Made by a program: the position numbers and the translations under genes
Assembly: GCA_017988595.1 (NCBI GenBank)
Contig: JAGNRR010000001.1
Coordinates: 1-33,508, forward strand
Reading direction: 5' to 3'
DNA from: Chitinophagaceae bacterium
GTDB lineage: Bacteria > Bacteroidota > Bacteroidia > Chitinophagales > Chitinophagaceae
Length of the DNA stretch: 33,508 nucleotides
Notes under the pieces: generated by a model
Database searches by the model: none
Seen by the model: the letters and a program-made list of their open reading frames with translations, nothing else
What the model was told of the DNA's origin: nothing
Shown here: positions 24,362-33,508 of the stretch, piece after piece
Position numbering within the stretch: the stretch's first letter is position 1
Layout of the letters: the number at the start of each line of letters is the position of its first letter

Positions 24362-26596
24362 TTATTGCAATTCTACAGTTGTTGTCAAATTGCTTTTTAC
24401 TCTAAATTCAATTTCTTTAGAACCAAGTTGTGCCACATTTGGATCGGCTAAGTAAATAATTTTATAAACCCCAGGTTGAATTTCTATTTTTTGATTCAAT
24501 ACATTTCCTGTAATATTCATATCAAAAAAACTAACATATTGATCGCCCAAAACGGTTTGTAACACTACTTTTCCACGAGGTGTAGAATTGCTAATTTGCA
24601 AATAGCCTGGTTCTGGAATTTGCAATTCTGTAATGGCATTAAATGTTATATCTGTAGTAAAACGGCTTGGCGGCAAAGTTTCTATTCGCACATTATAATT
24701 GCCTGGTTCATAAGGATTTTTTTCAATACATTTTTGAACCACAGTTGGGTCTTGGCTAAATAATCTTTTTACAACTGCATTAAATTCTACCGGGCGTTTA
24801 GCATTTCCAATATATGCAAATTGCAAACTGCCTTCGGTAACTTTAATATACACTTTATTAATTTTATTGGCTTCGATAGCAATATTTTTTACATACAAAT
24901 CTCGCTGTCCAAGTACGATAAAATCATACGTGCCCGCATTTATTTTTTCAGAAGCAGGAATATTGCCGTTCATGTTTCTTACAAATTTTTTAATCGATGC
25001 TTTATCTCCTGAATTTAAAACTTCTATTTGTGGTCGAGCATTAGGATATGTTTTACTTTTTCCATCGGTAAAATAAATTTGCACTTCAGTAGTGGCACTT
25101 GTTTCAGTTTTTATTTCATAAGAAATGTCATCCGCAGAAGTTGGCATTGGTTTTGGTTTTGGCTTAGTTAAATCAACCACTTCTATTTTTTTAGGCTCAG
25201 GTTTTGGAAGATTAATGGTAATATTTGCAGCAAAATTATTTTTTCTTGGCGGCAAATTATTTATTTTATAAGCGTACGTATACCTGTGTCGAGCGGGAAT
25301 GACATCCAATTTTCTGAAAACAATATTTTCATGCTCGGGTTCGAATGTAAAACGCAGTGCAGATTTAAATTGGTTTTTTTTCTTTGATGCGGAAACAAAA
25401 GTTGGTTTTGAAATTAAAAATGTTTTAGCAGAAATAGAATTTAATTTTTTAAAAACTACATTTTCTTTTACCACTTCTTTTTCAAACACGAAGTTTAAAT
25501 TAGTTTTAAAAACGTTTTTCTTAGCTGTTACAGTTTCTTTTTTCAGCCCAATAATTGGCAAAAGCTTAACTACTTTAGTGGGCATTTTAGGTATTACATT
25601 AATTTCTTTTTTAATAACAACAGGTTCTTCTATTTTAGCTTTTTCTTCTTCGAAATTAAAATGGAGCGCAGCCTTAAAATTATTTTTCTTAGTTAGAATT
25701 TCAATTGGAATGATTGTGTTGTAACCTATTTTTATTCTGCTTTTTTCAATAATAGTAGAAAAAGAAGTTTTGTTTATTTCTATTGGCTTTGGTTTTTCAA
25801 TTGGCTTTTCAATTGGTTTTGGTTCTTCAATTTTAATTTTCTCGGGTTCTTTTTTTACAATTGGAGCTTCTTTTATTGGCTCTGGCTTTGCATATTTTGT
25901 TTCAATATTTAATGTCTTAGGTTTTTCATAGATAACTTTAAAATCTAGAAGAATTAATTCTACTGCTTTATCAATATCTTCCACATTTGAAACTTCAATG
26001 TATTTTCCCATGCAATTATAATAATTCAGCAGCAGTTCATTTTTATCAAGACCAATGATATAAGGTTTTACTTTTATTTTTTTTGATAATAATTCTTGAT
26101 ACGTTTTACAAATATCGCCATCGCAAGTTTCGCCACCATCGGTTATAAAAATAATACTGTAATCAAAATCATTTTCATTATTTATTTCATTCGATGCAGC
26201 TTGTTCAAGACTGTAGGCAATTGGTGAAGTGCCTATATTATTTATATATTTCAGTCTATTTTTTATTTGATAGGCATTTTGCAAATTAAAAGGCACTTCC
26301 AATTTTGTATCATAACAAACTTTTTGAATTGCAGGAAATTCAGAGCCATAAACACGAAGCCCAAATTCTATTTCATTATTTCTAGCATAAATACTATCTA
26401 CAATTTTTAATAAAATATTTCCAGCAACATCAAATCTAGTATTGTTTAAATTCCATTTATTTGTCATACTAGATGATGCATCGACAATAAATAATATTCT
26501 AGATTTTTTTTGTTGTGCAAAAATTTTATTGGAAACAAAAAAACTTGCTAAAATTATTAGCAAGAAAAATAATTTATTTATTTTTTGAAATTTCAT
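24362..26596 (-). CDS. secreted von Willebrand factor A domain protein with a Pro/Glu/Lys-rich linker and repeated modules
   Basis: Signal peptide, VWA MIDAS motif (ILFIVDASSSMTNKW ... FITDGGET), a KPEPIKEAPIVKKEPEKIKIEEPKPIEKPIEKPKPIE linker, and four KNxF(K/A)xxLxFxFE-like modules. Confidence 0.8.
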   Translation of the reverse strand: MKFQKINKLFFLLIILASFFVSNKIFAQQKKSRILFIVDASSSMTNKWNLNNTRFDVAGNILLKIVDSIYARNNEIEFGLRVYGSEFPAIQKVCYDTKLEVPFNLQNAYQIKNRLKYINNIGTSPIAYSLEQAASNEINNENDFDYSIIFITDGGETCDGDICKTYQELLSKKIKVKPYIIGLDKNELLLNYYNCMGKYIEVSNVEDIDKAVELILLDFKVIYEKPKTLNIETKYAKPEPIKEAPIVKKEPEKIKIEEPKPIEKPIEKPKPIEINKTSFSTIIEKSRIKIGYNTIIPIEILTKKNNFKAALHFNFEEEKAKIEEPVVIKKEINVIPKMPTKVVKLLPIIGLKKETVTAKKNVFKTNLNFVFEKEVVKENVVFKKLNSISAKTFLISKPTFVSASKKKNQFKSALRFTFEPEHENIVFRKLDVIPARHRYTYAYKINNLPPRKNNFAANITINLPKPEPKKIEVVDLTKPKPKPMPTSADDISYEIKTETSATTEVQIYFTDGKSKTYPNARPQIEVLNSGDKASIKKFVRNMNGNIPASEKINAGTYDFIVLGQRDLYVKNIAIEANKINKVYIKVTEGSLQFAYIGNAKRPVEFNAVVKRLFSQDPTVVQKCIEKNPYEPGNYNVRIETLPPSRFTTDITFNAITELQIPEPGYLQISNSTPRGKVVLQTVLGDQYVSFFDMNITGNVLNQKIEIQPGVYKIIYLADPNVAQLGSKEIEFRVKSNLTTTVELQ

Positions 26597-27429
26597 TAAT
26601 AATCGCCCAAAGTTTCAGGTAGTTGCGAAAGTGCATTTTCCAATTGTGCATCATTAGGTGCAATGCCGTGCCATTCATGAGTTCCTTCCATAAAATCGAT
26701 TCCTTTACCCATAACTGTTTTCATCAAAATACAAATTGGCTTACCGTTGCCCAATTTTGATTTTGCTTCTTCCATGGTTTTCAAAATGTCATCCATATCA
26801 TTGCCATCCATTTTTAAAACATCCCAGCCAAATGCTAGCCATTTATTTTCCAAATTTTCAAGGCTTAAAACCTCATTTGTAGGCCCATCTATTTGTTGTC
26901 CGTTATAATCTACGGTGGCTATTAAATTATCTACTTTATTGTGTGCCGCAAACATTATTGCTTCCCAGTTTTGACCTTCCTGCAATTCGCCATCGCCTAA
27001 TAAAACAAATACAGTTTGAGAGTCTTTATTTAATTTTTTTGCCAGTGCAGCACCGTTTGCCACACTCAATCCTTGACCCAAACTGCCAGAAGCAATTCGC
27101 ACACCTGGCAAATGTTCATGAGTAGCAGGATGTCCTTGAAGTCGAGAATTTAATTTTCGAAATGTAGCCAATTCTGAAATAGGGAAATAGCCGCTTCTTG
27201 CTAACACTGAATAAAAAACAGGTGATATGTGCCCATTACTTAAAAAAAATAAATCTTCATTTTTTCCATCCATTTTAAAGACTGCATCATGTTTCATTAT
27301 TTTAAAATATAAGGCAACCAAAAAATCTGTACAGCCTAATGAACCACCGGGATGGCCGCTTTGAACAGCGTGAACCATTCTTACTATATCTCTTCTTACT
27401 TGATGTGCAATATCTTTTAAATTATTCAT
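26596..27429 (-). CDS. transketolase, N-terminal (thiamine diphosphate-binding) subunit of a split transketolase
   Basis: The sequence reads as the transketolase N-terminal section from GHPGGSLG and SNGH through GSLGQGLSVANG to LLGDGELQEGQNWEA, and ends after about 277 aa. Its stop overlaps the VWA gene ATG (TAATG). Confidence 0.9.
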   Translation of the reverse strand: MNNLKDIAHQVRRDIVRMVHAVQSGHPGGSLGCTDFLVALYFKIMKHDAVFKMDGKNEDLFFLSNGHISPVFYSVLARSGYFPISELATFRKLNSRLQGHPATHEHLPGVRIASGSLGQGLSVANGAALAKKLNKDSQTVFVLLGDGELQEGQNWEAIMFAAHNKVDNLIATVDYNGQQIDGPTNEVLSLENLENKWLAFGWDVLKMDGNDMDDILKTMEEAKSKLGNGKPICILMKTVMGKGIDFMEGTHEWHGIAPNDAQLENALSQLPETLGDY

Positions 27430-27452
27430 ATGTTTATAATATTCAACAAAGA

Positions 27453-27488
27453 TAAAAAAATCCCACTCATTAATGGAGTGGGATTTTA
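27453..27488 (-). terminator. rho-independent terminator downstream of the protease/T9SS-tail gene
   Basis: TCCCACTC (27461-27468) pairs with GAGTGGGA (27476-27483). On the minus strand the hairpin is followed by a T-run (the A7 at 27454-27460). Confidence 0.65.
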
Positions 27489-27507
27489 GTTTATTTATAA
27501 AAAAAAC

Positions 27508-30463
27508 TTAATTATGTTTAATTGTAATTTTTTGAGAATACGTTTTTCCATCTTGATTTATTTTTATAAAATAAGTTCCGTTAGAAAATGTTTTTGTATT
27601 TATAGAAATTGGAATATTTTTTATAGCATTATTTTCATTTTTATAAACCATTCTTCCAACAGCATCTAGTAGCTCGTATGATAGTTTGCCACTTTGTGGT
27701 GCAATAATTTGCAAATAATCGTTAACTGGATTTGGATATACCATTGGTTTATATTCAATTACATTTTTTACGCTTACTGCAGTTTCTCCAATATCTAAAA
27801 TTTCAAGTGCATCTAGCTGCTTCAACTAAAGCACCACCGCCGCCACCAACTGCGCTATCAATTGCTACAAATTTTACCTTTACGCTATTTCCTGCTCCTG
27901 GGAAAAGTTCAATCGTTGCTCTTCTCCAGCTTACATCTGGTTTATAAGTTTTTTCAACCGAAATCCAACTTGCTCCATTATCATAACTAATATCTACTTG
28001 CCACAAATCCTTTTCGGCATTTGAACCTTGACTATTTGTAAACCAACGATAATAACTTAAAAATGGACGTTGATAACCAGCTATATTTATTGCATCAGAA
28101 ACCAATGTTGTTCTTCCGCCATCTACATCTTGGCTTCCAACTGATGTTGTTGACGAATTAGCATTTGCAGTAATTGCACATTTTCCGCCTCCATCAACAT
28201 CATATTTAGTTTGAACAATTGTAGTTGTGTCTGAAATATTTTGATAAGAAGGAACAGGAACATCTATAATCCATAAACCACGTGGCGCTAAATCGCCAGT
28301 ATAATTACCTACTTGCCATCCTGTTAAAGTGTTTGGATCAGAGAAAAATTCTTGCCATTTTGGTGTATAACCTACAAATAAATAATGTGGTAAATTTCTT
28401 TTGTTTGTAGCGCCAACAAATTTTGAAAACACTGGATTGATAACACTATACGTATTTAAATTATCATAAGCTGCAAAATAATATTCATACACTTTGCCTG
28501 CAGTTGTGTTTGGAAAATTTGCATTGTAAATATTTGTACTTCCTACTTGATTTAACACTAATGAATCTAAAGAAGAAGTTCCTTTTTCTCTATAAAACAT
28601 TTTAATTGCACCTAAAAATGCAGGAAAATCAACTGTAGCTTCAACTTCAATAGGAACTGTAATGGCTGAATTTACAACACCCGGTTCACTATGATCAAGT
28701 TCTGTATTACTCAACAAATAAATACCGTGTTTTGCAAATGCAGTAACTATGGCATTAAAATTTGGCGTTCCATTATTTAGATTTGCATCAGTATCATCAT
28801 ATTGTAATGCATCTATTAAAATATCATAATAAACTTGACCTTCTGCACCATCAGGTCCGTTTGCTAATCCCGAATGAGATAAACCAAATAAAGTACTCAT
28901 CATTGATGAACTACCCATATTTATTCTAGTATCCCACCATGCTCCAGCAATTATTTCACCATCGGCATGCACTTCGCCTTGAATATCTTGAGGATAAACT
29001 TTTGGTGCCAAATCATATCTTCTAATCGTAGCATTTTGATTTGTAGAAGAATAACCTAATCCAATTATAGGATTATCATTAATTGAAAAAGCCCAAGTAT
29101 CTGAATAACCTTCGCCCATTCCACCATTATCAAAACTTTGTCCTTGTGATTGCCAAAATACATTTGTAATGCCATGTCCATATTCATGATACATTACGTC
29201 GCCAATCAATGAAAATTGATTACAACCATTTGATGCGGTATAAAAATTAATACTTGTTCCATTATAAAACGCATTGCAATTTCCATCAGTTCGATCTACT
29301 CTAGCAAGTAAAGGATTATCCATATTTGTAAATGCAGCTGGTAATTTTGTTTTCATAAAATCGTGAACAACATCTACATGATAATAACATGTAAAATGTG
29401 CAACAGTAGCATTTGGTGCTGTAACTGGATATGTAAATGTAGAATTTGCTACACTAACATTTGCATTTGTTGAAGCAGCTGTTGTTCCATTTTGAGTTGT
29501 AACCACTTTCACCCAACGGCCTTCTAATGAAATTGTAGAATTTGCTGTTGCGCCAGAAGTAACTACAGTTCCATTTGCATTCGTGTAAAAAGTAGTTGCA
29601 TTATCTACAACTTTTAAATTGCGCAAAGGCAATAAAATTGGTGCAACATAAGGTCCTGTCAAATGCACACTTGCATTAATATCATAAGAAATTCGTTTCA
29701 CTTTATTGAAGCGATACAAAATTTTTCCATCTTCTGCAGAAACATAGCATGTATAATCGCCTTCCATTTCTTTAGTATCTTGTGTTTTTATTTTTACTTC
29801 ATAAACTTTTTTGTAATTGTATTTTCCATCTTCTGGTAATGCAATTATTTTCATATCTATAGAAACTTTTGACTCTAAAATTGGCGTAACTAGTTGTTGT
29901 GCTGCAAAATTCATCGCTTCTACTGCAGTAATATTAACTGGCAAATTTTCTGGAATTTGAGTATGTGCATCTAAGCCAACCATTGCAATTTTTAGGTCTT
30001 GTGTAAAACGAACCGAAACTCTACTAAACAAAATATTTAAACCTTGATGTTGTTGTTTAAAATCTACATTAATATATTTTCCGTCATTGCTATTTCTGGT
30101 TACCACTAAATTTTGAAGCGGAATATTAAACCCTGCAAATTCGCTAGCTATAAACGCTTTTGCTTTTTCAACTGGATTTGAACCTCCACCATTAAAAACA
30201 ATTGGTTCGCCAAAAGCACGGTGTGGCAATTTTGAATAATAATTAAATTTTGCTCCCCAACTTGGATGTTGTTGTTGAAAATTTATCCAAGCTTGTTGTT
30301 TATACAAATGCTTTGTACTTAAACCTTTTAATACATCCGCTGCATCATTATATGGTGTAATATTAGCATTTATATCTTTTTGGTTTAATATATTTTCCTC
30401 GTGAGCTTTTACTACAAAAGTTGAGAAAATAAATAGCATTAATGTTGAAATGTATTTGTACAT
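27508..30463 (-). pseudogene. M36 (fungalysin)-like zinc metallopeptidase, a T9SS cargo, with a frameshift separating it from its T9SS C-terminal domain
   Basis: The 886-aa ORF carries VMYHEYGHGITN...GGMGEGYSDTWA (HExxH plus an EGxSD-type third-ligand region) and a signal peptide. The overlapping 105-aa ORF in another frame (27508-27825) is a clear T9SS tail (VYPNPVNDYLQI...NGTYFIKINQDGKTYSQKITIKHN). The frame switch must lie within 27803-27826. Confidence 0.82.
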
Positions 30464-30605
30464 AGATTTATATTTTTAATGCATAAATATAAATACAAAA
30501 CTTCAAATCATAAAATTTATTATTTTATTGAATATAAAAAATAAATTTCAAATAAATAAATTGCTTCTTGGTACAAGCAAAAACGAAAGTATAATATGTG
30601 TAATC

Positions 30606-30640
30606 AAAAAAAAATCCTGATAATATTATCAGGATTTTTT
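30606..30640. terminator. bidirectional hairpin terminator downstream of gldN
   Basis: The ATCCTGATAAT/ATTATCAGGAT palindrome (30614-30635) is flanked by an A-run and a T-run. Confidence 0.7.
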
Positions 30641-30663
30641 AAAATTAAATATGGTTTAATAAA

Positions 30664-31587
30664 TTAATACGTCCAAAGATCGTGTTCTTTATTAAATAAT
30701 GTTTCATTAATTTTTTCTGATTCATACATTCTATCAATACCTTTTTTGTATGAATCTATTGTAGTATTAAATGGATTATTTATAGAAGATTTATAAACAA
30801 ATGAACTGAACATTCTTTTTTCAAAGAAATCATCCCAAGTAATTCTAAACACATCGTTTTCAGGATTATACACTTCATAGTTTACATTCACTTTTCTCAC
30901 GTCTTGATAATTTAACCAAAACATAGGTAATGAACCTCTAAAAGTACCATTTTTATAGTTATCAATATATGGAGCTATACCCATAATTCTACAAACCATT
31001 CTACCAATATTTCTATCAAATATCCATTCTTCTTTTACTCTAAATTTAGTAATATTATCAGGATTAAATGACGGATTATTTATAACTAAAGTTTGATTTC
31101 CTTCAAAATCTTCTACAATTGTAGAATCTGGTTCGCCAACTACTTTTCTATAAACTTGCTCCATTGACAATTGAGTTGTAAAACGTTCATCTTCAAAAGC
31201 TGTAATCGCAGAAGTTTTGATAGCGTGCATTAAAATCTCAATATACATACCACCACCAGTGTATTCATCACCAGGATAACGGAAAGCAAAATTTTGTTTT
31301 TGACGTGTATCAATTTCTCTCCAAACTACTTTTCGCCATAATACATCTGCTTCACGAACAGGTTGCCATGGAGATAATATATGCTTATGAGGAACTCTAT
31401 CAATTGCACCTTCAGGTCTAAGAGATGGAACCCAATTCTCAGTAACAGCATTATTATTTGCAGGATTAACATTTGGATCTATTACACTTGGAACATTGGG
31501 TTGCGTTCCAGGTTGTGCAATAACAAATGTTGCCGAAAACAACAATCCAGTTAAAATTAATTTGCTTTTATTAAATATACTTTTCAT
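30664..31587 (-). CDS. gldN: gliding motility / T9SS protein GldN (PorN family)
   Basis: It sits immediately downstream of gldM in the canonical gldKLMN order. It has a signal peptide and a size and composition consistent with GldN. The call rests mainly on synteny plus general resemblance. Confidence 0.82.
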   Translation of the reverse strand: MKSIFNKSKLILTGLLFSATFVIAQPGTQPNVPSVIDPNVNPANNNAVTENWVPSLRPEGAIDRVPHKHILSPWQPVREADVLWRKVVWREIDTRQKQNFAFRYPGDEYTGGGMYIEILMHAIKTSAITAFEDERFTTQLSMEQVYRKVVGEPDSTIVEDFEGNQTLVINNPSFNPDNITKFRVKEEWIFDRNIGRMVCRIMGIAPYIDNYKNGTFRGSLPMFWLNYQDVRKVNVNYEVYNPENDVFRITWDDFFEKRMFSSFVYKSSINNPFNTTIDSYKKGIDRMYESEKINETLFNKEHDLWTY

Positions 31588-31615
31588 AAGTTTTAATATT
31601 CTCTTTTTTTATAAA

Positions 31616-33241
31616 TTAATTATCTAAATTAAATGAAATTGTTCCAATTTTATTATTCACACCATCTGGTCCAATTGCTTTAATATTTTCAAACCATATT
31701 CTATCTCCTACTCGTAAACTTTTCATTATATTCGAAACAGTTGGATCGGCATTAGGTCCTGTTAAATATGCATTTTTAGAATTTGCAATTTTAGGTTCTC
31801 CATTTTTTGGTAAATAATATATTTCAAACGAAGTTACATTATATTTCACATCAAATTCAAAACCTTCAGGTGGTCTAGCAAAAATACCAATTTGAGATTT
31901 TAGTTTATTTGCCATCATACTTCCTCCATCTTGACTATTCGCAATTTCTGGATTTGGTTTAGGCAATCTTTTAAGTCTATAAGTAAAAGGACCAAATGTT
32001 TTTGTAGAACCATCATGCAATTTACCAACTAATGTTATTGATGAAGTTCCTGTTTTTGAAGCCATTACTTCGTATTTACCATTTCCAACATTTTTTAAAC
32101 TAATTCCGTCACCTGCTTTTATATCAAGATTTCCTGCTGGAATACCAGAAGCCGAAATCGTAATTGGATTTGGTACACCTTGATAAAATACATTCATTTT
32201 ATCTAAAGAAACTGATGCTTGTGGTTCTCCAACAAAATATGATGTTTTTACTGGAGTTACATTTACTCTTGCACCTGTATTTAAATCTACATAACTTGCT
32301 CCAATAGTTAATGGCTTTTCACCAATTGAAGTTGCAGTTGCTTCATAAGTTGCAATACCGTCTCTTACTGGAATTGACTGTCCATTTACTGTAATAGTTA
32401 AGTTTTGTTGCTTTTTATTATAAGCACCAAGCATCATAGTTGCTTTATACTTTTGACCAGGAAGCAAATATGGGTTTTCAGGAGATACAATTACAGCATA
32501 GTCTGTAAATACTAAATTCATTTGTTTTTTCTCTCCAAAAGCTTTTGCCCAAAGTTCATCCATTACAGCTGATTCAGAGTTTTTAACGTCATTGATATAT
32601 TTATCCATAATAGTTACTGCTGCTACTGCAGGAACCATGTTAAAATTTGCAAAACTCCAATCATCACCAGGATTGTCAGCATTTTTTTCAATATCAAAAT
32701 TAAGTGGTAATAATTTTGCAAAACCTTCCGCACTAGCTGAAAGATTCAATTCTTTAGAACCATCCCCTGCAACAACTAATCCTGAAATTTTTTCTTTGAA
32801 TGCTTTTAATTGCTCAAGCATTTTAGCACCATTGCCCTCTTTAATCATTATTCGAGTAGCAGATTCTAAATCATCTTGTTTTTTAATATTGTTTGTTTCA
32901 GGATCAATCCCTCCAGCTGCATCAATTATCATTTTACGATAATTTTCAAGTGTAGAAACCATTTCGCTACTCATTGTTTGAGCTTGCATTGCCAATTCTT
33001 TTGCAGCAGTTATTTTAGCTCTTTTCTCACTAGTGATTTTTGAATCTGCAAGTGCATCATCAAAATTAAAGATAGTTGCTTTATTTTTTTGGTCAATGTT
33101 ATCATTAGACCTTAATATACTTTTGTCTACAATTTTAAATGCATTCAAAATTTCATTTGATACGTTCAACGCCAACAAGGCTGTAAGTACCAAATACATC
33201 AAGTTAATCATTAACTGCCTGGGCTCCTTAGGTATAGACAT
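31616..33241 (-). CDS. gldM: gliding motility / T9SS protein GldM (PorM family)
   Basis: Hallmark N-terminus PRQLMINLMYLVLTALLALNVSNEILNAF (a single TM helix followed by a long periplasmic region), and its position between gldL and gldN. Confidence 0.92.
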   Translation of the reverse strand: MSIPKEPRQLMINLMYLVLTALLALNVSNEILNAFKIVDKSILRSNDNIDQKNKATIFNFDDALADSKITSEKRAKITAAKELAMQAQTMSSEMVSTLENYRKMIIDAAGGIDPETNNIKKQDDLESATRIMIKEGNGAKMLEQLKAFKEKISGLVVAGDGSKELNLSASAEGFAKLLPLNFDIEKNADNPGDDWSFANFNMVPAVAAVTIMDKYINDVKNSESAVMDELWAKAFGEKKQMNLVFTDYAVIVSPENPYLLPGQKYKATMMLGAYNKKQQNLTITVNGQSIPVRDGIATYEATATSIGEKPLTIGASYVDLNTGARVNVTPVKTSYFVGEPQASVSLDKMNVFYQGVPNPITISASGIPAGNLDIKAGDGISLKNVGNGKYEVMASKTGTSSITLVGKLHDGSTKTFGPFTYRLKRLPKPNPEIANSQDGGSMMANKLKSQIGIFARPPEGFEFDVKYNVTSFEIYYLPKNGEPKIANSKNAYLTGPNADPTVSNIMKSLRVGDRIWFENIKAIGPDGVNNKIGTISFNLDN

Positions 33242-33315
33242 CTTCTACTTTTATGATTTTTATTTATATAAAAAAATACGTTATTTATTTGATTTTTTGA
33301 AATAGTTTTTAAAAA

Positions 33316-33508
33316 CTAGCGTCCTTGCATCGCATTAAGCATGTTGCCATAAACTTGGTTCAATGTGCTTAAGTTAGAAGCTAATGATTTCATTTGGTCT
33401 TTAGCTTTATTAGCATCTTCAACACTATTTTGCATAGCATCAGAAGCATTTACTAAATTACTATAGAATTTATTCATTGCTTTTAAGTGATTATTCGCAT
33501 CATTTAAT
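33316..33508 (-). CDS. gldL: gliding motility / T9SS protein GldL (PorL family), C-terminal part only; the N-terminus lies outside the window
   Basis: My hand translation of the minus strand gives ...LNDANNHLKAMNKFYSNLVNASDAMQNSVEDANKAKDQMKSLASNLSTLNQVYGNMLNAMQGR* (stop is the complement of 33316-33318). The coiled, Asn/Ala-rich tail ending ...LNxVYGNML.AM fits GldL, as does its position upstream of gldM. Confidence 0.75.
   Translation of the reverse strand, partial: LNDANNHLKAMNKFYSNLVNASDAMQNSVEDANKAKDQMKSLASNLSTLNQVYGNMLNAMQGR

Overview
Low-GC (about 30% by eye) chromosomal segment, almost certainly from a gliding member of the Bacteroidota. Support: a gldL-gldM-gldN operon at the right edge, two cargo proteins with T9SS C-terminal sorting domains, and TAnnTTTG-type -7 boxes. 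Most of the window is ordinary housekeeping or envelope content: acs, ahcY, an Lrp/AsnC regulator, lpdA, uvrA, a KpsF/GutQ isomerase, a transketolase N-terminal subunit, a TPR lipoprotein, an M48 peptidase and a VWA protein. I found no rRNA, tRNA, CRISPR array, transposase or integrase.

Four things are not explained by ordinary annotation:
1. Three same-orientation copies of a 67-124 bp element fill three consecutive intergenic spacers. They bracket two single-gene cassettes (a DUF1016 PD-(D/E)XK nuclease-like protein and an unknown secreted protein) inserted just upstream of uvrA.
2. A small island at about 14.7-15.3 kb has about 50% GC. It contains eight exact-period 21-bp tandem iterons and a 21-bp perfect palindrome, sitting directly upstream of an orphan Cro/C1-type HTH gene.
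3. Three otherwise intact genes each carry a single lesion: an in-frame TAA in acs, an in-frame TAA in a small membrane ORF, and a frameshift exactly at the catalytic-region/T9SS-tail junction of an M36-like protease.
4. An overlapping operon encodes an outer-membrane barrel, an M48 peptidase, an unknown protein and a TPR protein, which resembles a split BepA-like module.

All homology calls come from motif recognition by eye and memory. No searches were run.
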